Numbered from the stretch's first letter, positions 36,203 to 46,602 are shown. The stretch is 64,000 nucleotides of DNA from Bacteroidota bacterium (GCA_044449065.1 JBIOHP010000005.1:107374-171373); one strand, 5' to 3'. The notes: generated by a model from the letters alone, not told the origin. Program-made: numbers and translations.

Positions 36203-38899
36203 ATGATTGGGCAGACAATATTTCACTACAAAATTCTTGAGAAATTGGGAGAGGGCGGTATGGGCATTGTTTATAAAGCCCACGATATAAAGCTGGATCG
36301 TTTTGTTGCTCTAAAATTCCTTCCCCAGCATCTCGCCGCTTCACAGCAGGATAAGAGCCGGTTTGCTCAGGAAGCAAAAGCCGCAGCAGCGCTCAATCAT
36401 CCTAATGTATGTTCCATTATCGACATTCAGGAATATGATGGACCCTCCTCCGCCGGGGCTCCGGCGGGCAAGCAGATGTTTATTGTTATGGAGTTTGTGG
36501 ATGGCGTCACCCTGCGGGAGAAAAAACAATCCATCAGTTTCAAACAGGCAATTGATATCGGCGTTCAAATCGCCGATGGGCTCGCAGCCGCGCATGAGAA
36601 GGGCATCGTCCACCGGGATATAAAACCGGAAAACATCATGATTCGAAAAGACGGCATCGCTCAGATTATGGATTTCGGGTTGGCAAAACTCCGGGGGAAT
36701 ATCACCCGGCTGACAAAGGAAGGCAGCACAATCGGCACGGCGGGGTACATGTCACCTGAACAAGTTCAGGGACAAGACACGGATCATCGTTCGGATATCT
36801 TTTCATTCGGCATTCTTCTGTATGAACTTTTTACGGGAGAATTGCCCTTCAAAGGAATCCATGAAACAGCGTTAATGTATGAAATTGTGAATGTTGAACC
36901 GGCGCCGATGTCATCTGTGAAACCGGAAATTGACCCATCTCTTGACGCCATCGTTCTGGAATGTTTAGAAAAAGATCCGAATGAGCGGACTCAGTCGGTA
37001 AAACAAGTCTCTGTTGATCTGAAACATTTCAAACGTGAAACGAGCCGTGAGCGCTTAACCCGGACAATTAAAACAAAACCGCTACAAAAAGACACTGGCA
37101 TTGGTAATACTGACCGGAGCGAATCAGTACAAACACCCCGCCGCAATTGGATCTGGCATGGTATTTACGGATCATTATTACTTGTACTTTTAATATATGT
37201 GTGGAAGCCATGGAACAAAGACCCAGCCGCTCTTCCTCCTCCCATGCATTTTAATGTGGACGTGCCACCTCGAGCTCCTTTGATAGGAGGCAGCGACGAT
37301 ATCACTATCTCTCCGGACGGAAAAAAAATTGTTTACGCCGGCTCGAATCCCTCCAATCCACAATTGTTCCTTCGGAAAATTGATCAACTGGATGTTCAGG
37401 GAATCCCTAACACGGAAGGAGCAGATGAACCGGTCTTTTCACCTGACGGACAATGGATTGCTTATGTTCAGAGCGACAAGATCAAGAAGGTTTCCATCCT
37501 CGGCGGCGCCCCCGAAATGTTATGTGGAACTCAAGGTTTACCCAGAGGTCTGTGGTGGGCTGAAGATAATAATATTTACTTTGGACACATCAGCCGGGCT
37601 TTATTTAAAGTACCTTCCGCAGGCGGTACACCAACCCGGATCACTACCCTCGACAGTGCAAATGGTGAAATCAGTCACCGGTACCCCCAGCTTCTGCCGG
37701 ATGGAAAAACCATACTCTTCACCATTAAACCGAATAACATATCTTCATTCAGCGACGCCATGATTGCCGTTCAACGATTGGGAACAAACGAGAAGAAAAT
37801 ATTAATCCACGGCGGAACCTACGGTCGTTTTCTCCCATCCGGGTACCTGGTTTATGTTCGTGAAAATACAATTTTTGCGGCGCGATTTGATCCGGATCGG
37901 CTTGAGATTCAAGGATCACCCCAGCCCATAACTCAGGGCGGGTGGCTCAACGAAGGTTCCGGAAGCGCTGGAATCAGTGTTTCAACTGCAGGAAATCTCA
38001 TCTATGTTCCAGAGGGCTTGATTGATTTAAAAAATACCGCTCTCGTTTGGATGGATCGTCAGGGAAAATCGTACCCGCTGCTTGATTCACTGGGTTCCTA
38101 TGGCGGAGTAACGGTTTCACCTGATAACCAAAAAATAGCTTTGAACCTACAGGCGGCAAATGATGATATATGGATTTATCAAATAGCCCGTGGGACACTC
38201 ACACGCCTAACATTCGGGGGCGGTAATAATAATTTCCCAATTTGGACTCCTGATAATAAGTATGTGGTATATAATGCTGAAAAAGGAAAATCTCCCAATA
38301 TCTACAGAAAACCCTGGGATGGAAGCGGGGAAGAAGAACGCCTGACGACAAGTGATGAGGCGCAATTTCCTTCTTCGATTAGCCCTGATGGTAAACTCCT
38401 TGCTTTCATCCAGAATTCCGATATATGGATATTACCGCTTGAGGGTGACCGGAAACCCTGGCGCTTTATCCAGTCGCAAGCCACTGAAGCAACTCCTATG
38501 TTTTCTCCCGATGGCCGTTGGATGGCATATGCATCAAACGAATCCGGAAAATTTGAGGTCTATGTTGTACCCTTTCCTAAACACGAAGGGAAGTGGCAGA
38601 TATCAAACGGCGGCGGCAATGGACCCATTTGGTCAAGAAATGGAAAAGAATTGCTCTATGGAAGCGGCACGTCTATGATGGCTGCCGAAATTACTCCTGG
38701 GCAATCATTCGATTTTTCCGTCCCCAAAAAAATATTGGAACTAACTTCGTCAAATGCTGTCGCATACGATGTAACCTCCGATGGAAACCGTTTCATTGTT
38801 GGTTTGGCTCGTAGGGGCATTTTTACGATTAATCATTTTAACATCATTCTTAACTGGACTACGGAGTTAAAAGAAAAATTTGCAGAGAATAAAAATTAA
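36203..38899 (+). CDS. receptor Ser/Thr protein kinase K2: kinase, TM, PD40 beta-propeller
   Basis: MIGQTIFHYKILEKLGEGGMGIVYKA, HRDIKPENIM, DFG. TM helix WIWHGIYGSLLLVLLIYVW. PD40 repeats. The track ORF is extended 78 nt upstream from a TTG. ATG at 36203. Confidence 0.9.
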   Translation: MIGQTIFHYKILEKLGEGGMGIVYKAHDIKLDRFVALKFLPQHLAASQQDKSRFAQEAKAAAALNHPNVCSIIDIQEYDGPSSAGAPAGKQMFIVMEFVDGVTLREKKQSISFKQAIDIGVQIADGLAAAHEKGIVHRDIKPENIMIRKDGIAQIMDFGLAKLRGNITRLTKEGSTIGTAGYMSPEQVQGQDTDHRSDIFSFGILLYELFTGELPFKGIHETALMYEIVNVEPAPMSSVKPEIDPSLDAIVLECLEKDPNERTQSVKQVSVDLKHFKRETSRERLTRTIKTKPLQKDTGIGNTDRSESVQTPRRNWIWHGIYGSLLLVLLIYVWKPWNKDPAALPPPMHFNVDVPPRAPLIGGSDDITISPDGKKIVYAGSNPSNPQLFLRKIDQLDVQGIPNTEGADEPVFSPDGQWIAYVQSDKIKKVSILGGAPEMLCGTQGLPRGLWWAEDNNIYFGHISRALFKVPSAGGTPTRITTLDSANGEISHRYPQLLPDGKTILFTIKPNNISSFSDAMIAVQRLGTNEKKILIHGGTYGRFLPSGYLVYVRENTIFAARFDPDRLEIQGSPQPITQGGWLNEGSGSAGISVSTAGNLIYVPEGLIDLKNTALVWMDRQGKSYPLLDSLGSYGGVTVSPDNQKIALNLQAANDDIWIYQIARGTLTRLTFGGGNNNFPIWTPDNKYVVYNAEKGKSPNIYRKPWDGSGEEERLTTSDEAQFPSSISPDGKLLAFIQNSDIWILPLEGDRKPWRFIQSQATEATPMFSPDGRWMAYASNESGKFEVYVVPFPKHEGKWQISNGGGNGPIWSRNGKELLYGSGTSMMAAEITPGQSFDFSVPKKILELTSSNAVAYDVTSDGNRFIVGLARRGIFTINHFNIILNWTTELKEKFAENKN

Positions 38900-38917
38900 T
38901 TTCTCACCAATTATCCG

Positions 38918-39132
38918 ATGATCGGAAAAACTATCTCACACTACAGGATTCTCGAGAAGCCCCGCCATAAAGACGGCGGGCAAGTTGGCGAGGGCGGAAT
39001 GTCCCAAAATCACCCACGCGCGTTTTTTGCAAGTGGTTGTGATTTTGCGGATCTCCCGTTGTTTGGATTCCGCTTTGACAACGGGATTCCAAAAAGCGGA
39101 ACCGTTGAGCGAAGCGAGAACGGGAACCCCCT
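38918..39132 (+). promoter_or_regulatory. kinase leader element L3 (variant A)
   Basis: uORF MIGKTISHYRILEKPRHKDGGQVGEGGMSQNHPRAFFASGCDFADLPLFGFRFDNGIPKSGTVERSENGNPL, with its stop overlapping the K3 ATG. Confidence 0.7.
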
Positions 39133-41805
39133 ATGATTGGACAGTCAATATCTCATTACAAAATCCTTGAGAAGCTGGGAGAAGGCGGGATGGGGATCGT
39201 CTATAAAGCAGAGGATACTAACCTCAAAAGAATTGTCGCATTGAAATTTTTACCCAGCCATCTTTCTGCATCGGAAGCCGACAAAGCGCGATTTATACAG
39301 GAAGCACAGGCGGCATCCTCGCTTAATCATCCCAATGTCTGCACTATTCACGATATCCAGGAACACGACGGGCAAATGTTCATCGTGATGGAATTTGTCG
39401 ACGGTCAAACATTACGGGAAAAAAAATCATCCATTACCATGAAACAGGCAATCGATATCGGCATCCAGATCGCTGATGGGCTTGCCGCCGCACATGAGAA
39501 AGGGATTATCCACCGGGATATCAAACCCGATAATATCATGGTCCGGAAGGATGGCATCGTTCAAATTATGGATTTCGGGTTGGCCAAGCTCAGAGGTGTC
39601 TCGAAATTAACGAAAGAAGGAAGCACAATCGGAACTGCAGGGTACATGTCGCCTGAACAAGTGCAGGGTTTAGAGACGGATCATCGTTCGGATATATTTT
39701 CTTTCGGTGTACTTTTATTCGAGCTTTTAACGGGACAACTCCCATTTAAAGGTGTCCATGAAACAGCGATTGCATACGAAATTGTAAACGTCGATGCTCC
39801 CCCTATGTCATCCATTAAACCTGAAATCGATTCAGCGCTTGATGCTATTGTTCTGGAATGTCTTGCAAAAGAACCTTCGGAACGATCCCAATCAATTGCG
39901 GAAGTTGCTAAAGATCTGCGGCGGTACAAACGGGAATCAAGCAGGCAGCATCTGAGCAGGTCATTCCCCGCGCAATCTGCAATACGTCAGATAGGCGCCG
40001 TGACTTCTGCCCCCACTGTTGCGATCACTCCTCAACGAAGCATTCTTCCGTGGGGAATTGCAGGGATGCTTCTCATTGTAACATCCATATTGCTATTTCG
40101 TCAATATTTCGCCTCGGCTGAACGTCAGCCCCTATTAATAGCTTCCATCGCTCCGCCCGATAGCGTATACATTCACTCGTACGGTCAGGCAGCAGGTCCC
40201 CCGGCAATTTCACCTGACGGCAGGACAATCATGTATTGTGGAGTGGCTTCTAACGGAATTACCCAGATTTATGTTCGTTCGCTTCATGAAAATGTTACGC
40301 GAGCACTGGATGGAACAAACTACGCGCAATATCCATTCTGGTCGCCGGATGGAAAACAGATCGGATTCTTCGCCGGAGGGAAAATCAAGAAGATAGAGGT
40401 CGATGGCGGTTCTCCTGTAACGGTTTGTGTTGCCATCAATCCCCGCGGCGGGACATGGAGCAGCGCTGGAGTGATTCTCTTCGCCCCCGATTACCAATCG
40501 CCGATCTCCCGGGTATCCGCCGATGGCGGGATTCCGGAGCCATTAACGAAATTAGACACCTCGCGCAATGAAGTATCGCATCGATGGCCCTTTGCTTTGC
40601 CTGATGGAAAACACTTTCTCTATTTTTCGCGTATAGCTAACAATTCCGGTCCCGCGGAGGGTCATGCCGTCTATGCTTCGTCGCTCGATGGAAAAGATAA
40701 CAGGTTGGTTCTCCGCACCAATTCCAATGCCGTCTACGCCGCCGGGTACTTGCTTTTTGTCCGGGGATCGACATTGATGGCGCAACAATTCGATCAATCC
40801 TCCGTGCAGCTAAAGGGCGATCCCGCTCCATTGGCGGAAGGTGTCATTGATGATCCCGGATTTAATCAATCGGTTTTTTCCGCATCGCAAACGGGGATCC
40901 TGATTTACCAGCCAGGAAATGTACGAGCCGGAGCAAAATTATTAATCACCGATCTCAACGGTAAAATAATTTCAACCCTAGGTGAGAGCATAGAAAACTT
41001 TCGCGTCCGTTATGCTCCTGACGGAGAGCATATCATTGCCAGCATTTTCGATCCTAAGTTGTTGCGATTAAATATCTGGGAATATGATCTCCATACCGGC
41101 GGTAGGAACCGGATCACCTCAGGCACCGGCGAAGATAACGCGATCCCCTCTCCGACCAGCGATGATATTATTTATTCTTCCCAGCGAACCGGCGTTTGGA
41201 ATTTGTACGAAAAATCGATGAGTGGTCAGGGTGGTGATTCAGCCCTTCACCCATCCCCAAGCTATGATTTATCTCTTGATTGGTCGCGCGACGGTTCCCT
41301 TGTATTATTTTCGAGAGTAGAACCATCTAAAACCCAAGCAGATTTGTGGATCATGCAAATGAAGAATGCACATGAACAATATCCGGTGGTAAACACGGAG
41401 TTTGACGAAGTTGGGGGGCGGTTCTCACCCGATGGTAAATGGATCGCTTATGTTTCGAACGAGAGCGGCGACTACGAAGTTTATATAAAATCAGCCGTGA
41501 AAACGGAAACTCAAAGTTGGAAGATTTCATCAGCAGGCGGATACTTTCCCTGCTGGGCAGGCAGCAGCAATGAATTGTGTTATGTGAGCAGTGAGAATAA
41601 AATGATGCTTGTCACTCTCCGGTACAAAGATAAGATGGTCGAGGTTGCGAGTATCCATTCTTTATTTAGTGTACCCGCATTTTTGGAGAGTTATGATATC
41701 TCCCCCAATGGAAAAACGATGGTAATCAATCGCAGTCTTGAAATGCAAAAATCGGCGCCGCTGACTATGCTCGTCAACTGGCAGGAGGAGTTGAAACAGA
41801 AATGA
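39133..41805 (+). CDS. receptor Ser/Thr protein kinase K3: kinase, TM, PD40 beta-propeller
   Basis: LGEGGMGIVYKA, HRDIKPDNIM, DFG, TM helix ILPWGIAGMLLIVTSILLF, PD40 repeats, 890 aa. Confidence 0.9.
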   Translation: MIGQSISHYKILEKLGEGGMGIVYKAEDTNLKRIVALKFLPSHLSASEADKARFIQEAQAASSLNHPNVCTIHDIQEHDGQMFIVMEFVDGQTLREKKSSITMKQAIDIGIQIADGLAAAHEKGIIHRDIKPDNIMVRKDGIVQIMDFGLAKLRGVSKLTKEGSTIGTAGYMSPEQVQGLETDHRSDIFSFGVLLFELLTGQLPFKGVHETAIAYEIVNVDAPPMSSIKPEIDSALDAIVLECLAKEPSERSQSIAEVAKDLRRYKRESSRQHLSRSFPAQSAIRQIGAVTSAPTVAITPQRSILPWGIAGMLLIVTSILLFRQYFASAERQPLLIASIAPPDSVYIHSYGQAAGPPAISPDGRTIMYCGVASNGITQIYVRSLHENVTRALDGTNYAQYPFWSPDGKQIGFFAGGKIKKIEVDGGSPVTVCVAINPRGGTWSSAGVILFAPDYQSPISRVSADGGIPEPLTKLDTSRNEVSHRWPFALPDGKHFLYFSRIANNSGPAEGHAVYASSLDGKDNRLVLRTNSNAVYAAGYLLFVRGSTLMAQQFDQSSVQLKGDPAPLAEGVIDDPGFNQSVFSASQTGILIYQPGNVRAGAKLLITDLNGKIISTLGESIENFRVRYAPDGEHIIASIFDPKLLRLNIWEYDLHTGGRNRITSGTGEDNAIPSPTSDDIIYSSQRTGVWNLYEKSMSGQGGDSALHPSPSYDLSLDWSRDGSLVLFSRVEPSKTQADLWIMQMKNAHEQYPVVNTEFDEVGGRFSPDGKWIAYVSNESGDYEVYIKSAVKTETQSWKISSAGGYFPCWAGSSNELCYVSSENKMMLVTLRYKDKMVEVASIHSLFSVPAFLESYDISPNGKTMVINRSLEMQKSAPLTMLVNWQEELKQK

Positions 41806-42016
41806 TCGGAAAAACCGTTTCCCATTATAAGATTATCGAGAAGCCCCGCCACAAAAACGGCGGGCAAGTCGGCGAGGGCGGAATGTCCCAAACTTTCCCA
41901 CGAGCGCAGCGAGTGGATGAAAGTTTGAGGATCTCCCGTTGTTTGGATTCCGCTTTGACAACGGGATTCCAAAAAGCGGAACAGCTGGAACGCAGTGGAA
42001 GCGGGAGGCGTGGACT
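41802..42016 (+). promoter_or_regulatory. kinase leader element L4 (variant B)
   Basis: The uORF ATG overlaps the K3 stop (ATGA). Sequence ...cccgccacaaaaacggcgggcaagtcggcgagggcggaatgtcccaaactttcccacgagcgcagcgagtggatgaaagtttgaggatctcccgttgtttggattccgctttgacaacgggattccaaaaagcggaacagctggaacgcagtggaagcgggaggcgtggactATG. Confidence 0.7.
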
Positions 42017-44392
42017 ATGATTGGGCAGACAATATCTCATTACAAAATTCTTGAGAAATTGGGTGAAGGCGGCATGGGCATCGTCTATAAAGCCCAGGAT
42101 ACCAGACTTGATCGAATTGTCGCATTGAAATTTTTACCCGTCCATCTGACTTCGAATGAAGCCGAGAAAGCGCGTTTTTTGCAGGAAGCAAAAGCCGCAG
42201 CGACGCTCAATCATCCTCACGTCTGCACTATCTATGGTATTAGCGAGCATGATGATCACGAGGGTGGTATTCAGCAATTTATTGAGATGGAATATGTGGA
42301 CGGCGAAACGCTCCGCAAAAAAATACCACTTGCCAAAACCGACGATGCGTATAAGTATGCAATACAGATCGGCGATGCGTTGCAGGAAGCGCATTCAAAA
42401 GGAATTGTTCACCGTGACGTGAAATGCGAAAATATCATGGTGAATTCAAAGAATCAAATCAAAGTAATGGATTTCGGCCTGGCGAAGCTCAAAGGATCGT
42501 TAAAGCTCACAAGGACCTCGAGCACGGTCGGCACGCTTGCGTATATGGCGCCGGAACAGATTCAAGGCGGTGATGTGGACGCGCGATCCGATATTTTCTC
42601 ATTCGGTATTGTTCTGTTCGAGATGCTGACGGGCAAGACGCCCTTCCGGGGTGAACATGATGCGGCGATGATGTACTCCATTGTGAATGAAGAACCAGAG
42701 ACGGTTGCGAAATATAAACCAGACGTCTCACCCGAGGTGGAACGGATTATCAAACGAGCTCTCGAAAAAGACCCCGATGACCGGTATCAATCGGCGGCGG
42801 ATATGGTAAGTGAGATCCGGCGCGTCCAGAGGCAATCAACGAGAATCCTTCGTCCTTCAATGGTTGATATGCCGACGCTCCATCCAACTTTTTCTCATGA
42901 GAACCCGGTTGCGAAGTCCACCCCATCATCGAAGAAGAAAACAATTCTCATTTCTGCACTAATAGGGGCAGCACTTATTATTGCCCTTGCAGTCTACCTA
43001 TTAATGGGGCATCAACAAGCAATCGGATCGCTGGCGGTGCTGCCATTCGAGAATGTCGGCGCTTCGCCGGATCAAGAATATCTTTCCGATGGTATCACAG
43101 AAAATATTATCAACAACCTGACAAAAATATCCTCCCTCAGAGTTGTTCCGCGCAGTACGGTTTTCCGTTTTAAGGGAAAAGAACTCGATGTTCAGGATAT
43201 CGGTTCTAAGTTAAATGTTAATGCCGTGCTCACAGGACGAATCACCCATCGCGGACAATCTCTCGATGTTCAAGTAGACCTGATTGATATCAAAAGGGAA
43301 TCGCAATTGTGGGGCAACAATTATCAATCCTCTGAAGCGGAAATTCTCTCGCTCCAGGAGCAAATCACCAAGGACGTTTCGTCAAAATTAGGATTAGGAC
43401 TCTCCACAGATCTTCGCGAGGGACTCGCAAAACGCTCAACCGATAACACACAAGCATATCAATTATATCTCCAGGGACGTTACTGGTGGAATAAACGCAC
43501 GAGTGAGTCTATAGATCGCGCCATCAATTTCTTCAATCAGGCAATTGCGCTCGATTCTACGTACGCTCTCGCTTATGCAGGTTTGGCAGATTGTTACATC
43601 ATCCAATCTCAGTACTCCGGAATACCGACACGGATAACTATTCCCCTGACAAAAAATGCCGCCCGGAAAGCCCTCGAACTCGATAATTCATTGGCAGAAG
43701 CGCACACTACGCTCGCATTTTGCCTTTACGAAGCATGGAAATACGATGAGGCAGAAAAAGAATTTAAACAGGCAATCGCTCTTAATCCCAAGTATCCGAC
43801 GGCTTATCACTGGTACAACATAATGCTCGTAAGAACCGGACGAGCTGATGAAGCATGGAAAATTATTCAGCAAGCTCACGATCTTGATCCATTTTCACCG
43901 GTTATTACATTAAATGTGGGCGCTATATTTTTCCTGCGCGGGCAATTTGAAGAAGCACTCACCTATCTTAAAAAAAGCATTGAGCTTGACCCGTCATTCG
44001 CCCCGGGATATGCCTGGATTGGATTAACCTATGACCGCATGAATAACGTAACAGAGGCTCTTCCTCAACTCGAAAAAGCATTAGAGCTATCCGGCCGATC
44101 GGCTGAATGCATTTCGTATCTCGGATATTTTTATGGTAAAAGAGGAATGCGTGATAAAGCAATCGAGTTATTAAAAGAAAACGAAGAACGGTATAAAGCA
44201 GGCACCGGCGCTGCCTACAATATCGCTCGTATCTATGCAGGGCTTGGCGACAAGGATAATGTTTTAAAATGGCTCGAACAGGACGTCGCCGATCAAAGCA
44301 CCTGGACCGGAGAACTCAAAACCGATTATGTGTGGGATAGCGTTAAAACCGATCCGCGTTTTATTGCATTATTACATAAAGTTGGATTATAG
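42017..44392 (+). CDS. receptor Ser/Thr protein kinase K4: kinase, TM, periplasmic alpha/beta module (LPFxN...YxSDGxTExxI), TPR repeats
   Basis: LGEGGMGIVYKA, HRDVKCENIM, DFG. TM helix ILISALIGAALIIALAVYLL. Then AVLPFENVGASPDQEYLSDGITENIINNL followed by TPR-like repeats, 792 aa from the ATG at 42017. Confidence 0.88.
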   Translation: MIGQTISHYKILEKLGEGGMGIVYKAQDTRLDRIVALKFLPVHLTSNEAEKARFLQEAKAAATLNHPHVCTIYGISEHDDHEGGIQQFIEMEYVDGETLRKKIPLAKTDDAYKYAIQIGDALQEAHSKGIVHRDVKCENIMVNSKNQIKVMDFGLAKLKGSLKLTRTSSTVGTLAYMAPEQIQGGDVDARSDIFSFGIVLFEMLTGKTPFRGEHDAAMMYSIVNEEPETVAKYKPDVSPEVERIIKRALEKDPDDRYQSAADMVSEIRRVQRQSTRILRPSMVDMPTLHPTFSHENPVAKSTPSSKKKTILISALIGAALIIALAVYLLMGHQQAIGSLAVLPFENVGASPDQEYLSDGITENIINNLTKISSLRVVPRSTVFRFKGKELDVQDIGSKLNVNAVLTGRITHRGQSLDVQVDLIDIKRESQLWGNNYQSSEAEILSLQEQITKDVSSKLGLGLSTDLREGLAKRSTDNTQAYQLYLQGRYWWNKRTSESIDRAINFFNQAIALDSTYALAYAGLADCYIIQSQYSGIPTRITIPLTKNAARKALELDNSLAEAHTTLAFCLYEAWKYDEAEKEFKQAIALNPKYPTAYHWYNIMLVRTGRADEAWKIIQQAHDLDPFSPVITLNVGAIFFLRGQFEEALTYLKKSIELDPSFAPGYAWIGLTYDRMNNVTEALPQLEKALELSGRSAECISYLGYFYGKRGMRDKAIELLKENEERYKAGTGAAYNIARIYAGLGDKDNVLKWLEQDVADQSTWTGELKTDYVWDSVKTDPRFIALLHKVGL

Positions 44393-44468
44393 AAATTATG
44401 ACCGGAAGTATAGGTTCAAGCAAGTATGGTGTTATCAACAATACGCGAGAGAAAAATAGGAGAAGTTT

Positions 44469-46598
44469 ATGATAGGTCAAAGTATTTCACACTACAAGAT
44501 TTTAGAAAAACTCGGAGAAGGCGGAATGGGGGTCGTCTATAAAGCGCAGGATTTAAAACTCGACCGTGTCGTTGCCATTAAATTTCTCCCTTCCCATCTT
44601 TCTGCTTCCGCAGACGATAAGGCGAGATTTCTGCAAGAGGCAAAAGCGACCGCAGCGTTAAATCATCCCAATATCCTCAATGTTTATGAGATTGATGAAC
44701 GGGAAGGCGGGATGTTTTTCGTTATGGAATACATAGATGGAAAGACTTTGAAATCTCATATCGCGAATCTAAAATCGGGAGATGGTATTTCTGTGAAGCA
44801 AGCTATCGACTGGACCATCCAGATTGCTCAGGGGCTAAAGGCGGCTCATGAAAAAGGCATCTTCCATCGCGACATCAAAACCGAGAACATCATGCTCACT
44901 ATGGATGGCAATCCAAAGATCATGGATTTTGGAATTGCCAAACTGAAAAATAGTACGGGTCTTACAAAGACAGGCACTTCGCTGGGAACGCTGAGTTATA
45001 TGTCGCCGGAGCAGGCGCAAGGGATGTCGGCAGATCACCGCTCGGATATTTGGGCGCTCGGCATTGTTTTTTATGAAATGTTGACGGGCGAGGTTCCCTT
45101 TAGAAGCGAGCATGAGGCAGGATTGATTTACCTAATTATGAATGAGCACGCGGTGGCGCCGAGTTCCCATGATAAGAGGATTCCACACGTAATAGATTCA
45201 TTTATGATGGAACTCCTCGAGAAAGACCGGGAACGAAGATTACAATCAATGAACGAAGTAGTTCTCCGAGTTCGCGAAATCAGCGGCGAAATTGAAAATA
45301 CAGGCAAAACCGGTAAGACGAAAGCAATTGCTCTCCTCCCCTTTGAAAATATCAGTCCCGATAAAGACAGCGATTATTTCAGCGATGGTCTTACCGAAGA
45401 ATTGATTCTAAGTTTATCACGGTTGAAAGATATACGGGTTGTTTCAAGAACAAGCACCATGCAATACAAGGGAACGCGGAAAGATATTAAGACGATTGGC
45501 AGAGAACTTGGCGCCCGGTACATCCTTGAAGGGAGCGTAAGAAAATTCCAGGACGATTTGCGAATTACGGTGCAATTAGTGGACGTCGAAACTGACGCCC
45601 AGCTCTGGGCTGCAAAATACAAAGGCAAGCTCGCGGATGTGTTTGATATTCAAGAACAAGTGTCGGAACAAATCGTTGATGCGTTAATGGTGAAATTAAC
45701 TCCGGTTGAAAAAGTCGTTCTTGCGAAACGATCCACCGATAATCCGGAAGCGTTCGATCTCAATCTCCGGGCAAGAAATTTCCTTACGCGCTATACTAAG
45801 AACGATATTAACGCTGCCATTCAACTGTTCAACCGTGCGATCGAACTGGATGTGAGATACGCCGCGGCGTATGCCGGAATGAGCGAGTCTTACGGCTCCC
45901 TCTATTTTTTTTACGAGAGAAATAATCTCTGGCTTGATAAATCCATTGAAGCAGGACTGAAAGCCCTCGCGTACGATCCCACACTCTCTGAGGCGTATGC
46001 TTCGCTGGCGCTTGCCTACTTCAATCAGAAATCTATCGATGAAGCCGTAAAGGCAGGACACAAAGCCATCGAACTTGATTCGAATAATCATATCGCTTAT
46101 TGGATTTTGGGCAGAATATATCATAGTACCGATCGTGACCGCGAGTCGGTCGGATTGTTTAAAAAAGCAATATCACTTAATCCGGAGTTCTACTCCGCCT
46201 ATGGCGATCTCCGTATGGTCTATGAGCGCCTTGGCGAGATGGACAATTGGAAGGAAACCCTGCAACAAAGCGCACAGATGTTTCCGCGTTATCTATCAAA
46301 ACACCCCGAAGATGCGCGCGCGCATATGTATTATGGTCTCACTCTCGGGATGGCTGAGCGAATCGGCGAGGCAAAACAAGAGGCGGCAAAAGCGCTTGAG
46401 CTTAACCCATCCGATCCACTCATGTTATATAACGCCACCTGCTTTTATGCCCGGCTCGGTGAAAAGCAGTTAGCGGTAAATACCTTGAAAAATGCCGTTA
46501 CCGCCGGATATGAGAATTTTGAGTGGATTAAGCGCGATCCTGACTGCGAGACTCTCCGCAACGAGCCAGGCTATCTTGAATTGATGAAAGGAAAATAA
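44469..46598 (+). CDS. Ser/Thr protein kinase K5: kinase fused directly (no TM helix) to an LPFxN-type alpha/beta module plus TPR repeats
   Basis: LGEGGMGVVYKA, HRDIKTENIM, DFGIAK. No hydrophobic segment between the kinase and AIALLPFENISPDKDSDYFSDGLTEELI. It has its own GGAG-containing upstream region rather than the shared leader. Confidence 0.88.
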   Translation: MIGQSISHYKILEKLGEGGMGVVYKAQDLKLDRVVAIKFLPSHLSASADDKARFLQEAKATAALNHPNILNVYEIDEREGGMFFVMEYIDGKTLKSHIANLKSGDGISVKQAIDWTIQIAQGLKAAHEKGIFHRDIKTENIMLTMDGNPKIMDFGIAKLKNSTGLTKTGTSLGTLSYMSPEQAQGMSADHRSDIWALGIVFYEMLTGEVPFRSEHEAGLIYLIMNEHAVAPSSHDKRIPHVIDSFMMELLEKDRERRLQSMNEVVLRVREISGEIENTGKTGKTKAIALLPFENISPDKDSDYFSDGLTEELILSLSRLKDIRVVSRTSTMQYKGTRKDIKTIGRELGARYILEGSVRKFQDDLRITVQLVDVETDAQLWAAKYKGKLADVFDIQEQVSEQIVDALMVKLTPVEKVVLAKRSTDNPEAFDLNLRARNFLTRYTKNDINAAIQLFNRAIELDVRYAAAYAGMSESYGSLYFFYERNNLWLDKSIEAGLKALAYDPTLSEAYASLALAYFNQKSIDEAVKAGHKAIELDSNNHIAYWILGRIYHSTDRDRESVGLFKKAISLNPEFYSAYGDLRMVYERLGEMDNWKETLQQSAQMFPRYLSKHPEDARAHMYYGLTLGMAERIGEAKQEAAKALELNPSDPLMLYNATCFYARLGEKQLAVNTLKNAVTAGYENFEWIKRDPDCETLRNEPGYLELMKGK

Positions 46599-46602
46599 AT
46601 AC

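Noticed and set aside
41825-42040. Antisense ORFs of 70-100 aa inside the kinase leaders (e.g. 36020-36283, 41825-42040, 55025-55240, 57647-57862, 49778-50077 on the minus strand), with near-identical peptides MRYCLPNHSPRLPLPLRSS...
   Set aside because: Their apparent conservation comes only from the nucleotide identity of the leader copies. They have no start or RBS context and they overlap the sense uORF and the kinase start. I treat them as artefacts of the repeated DNA.
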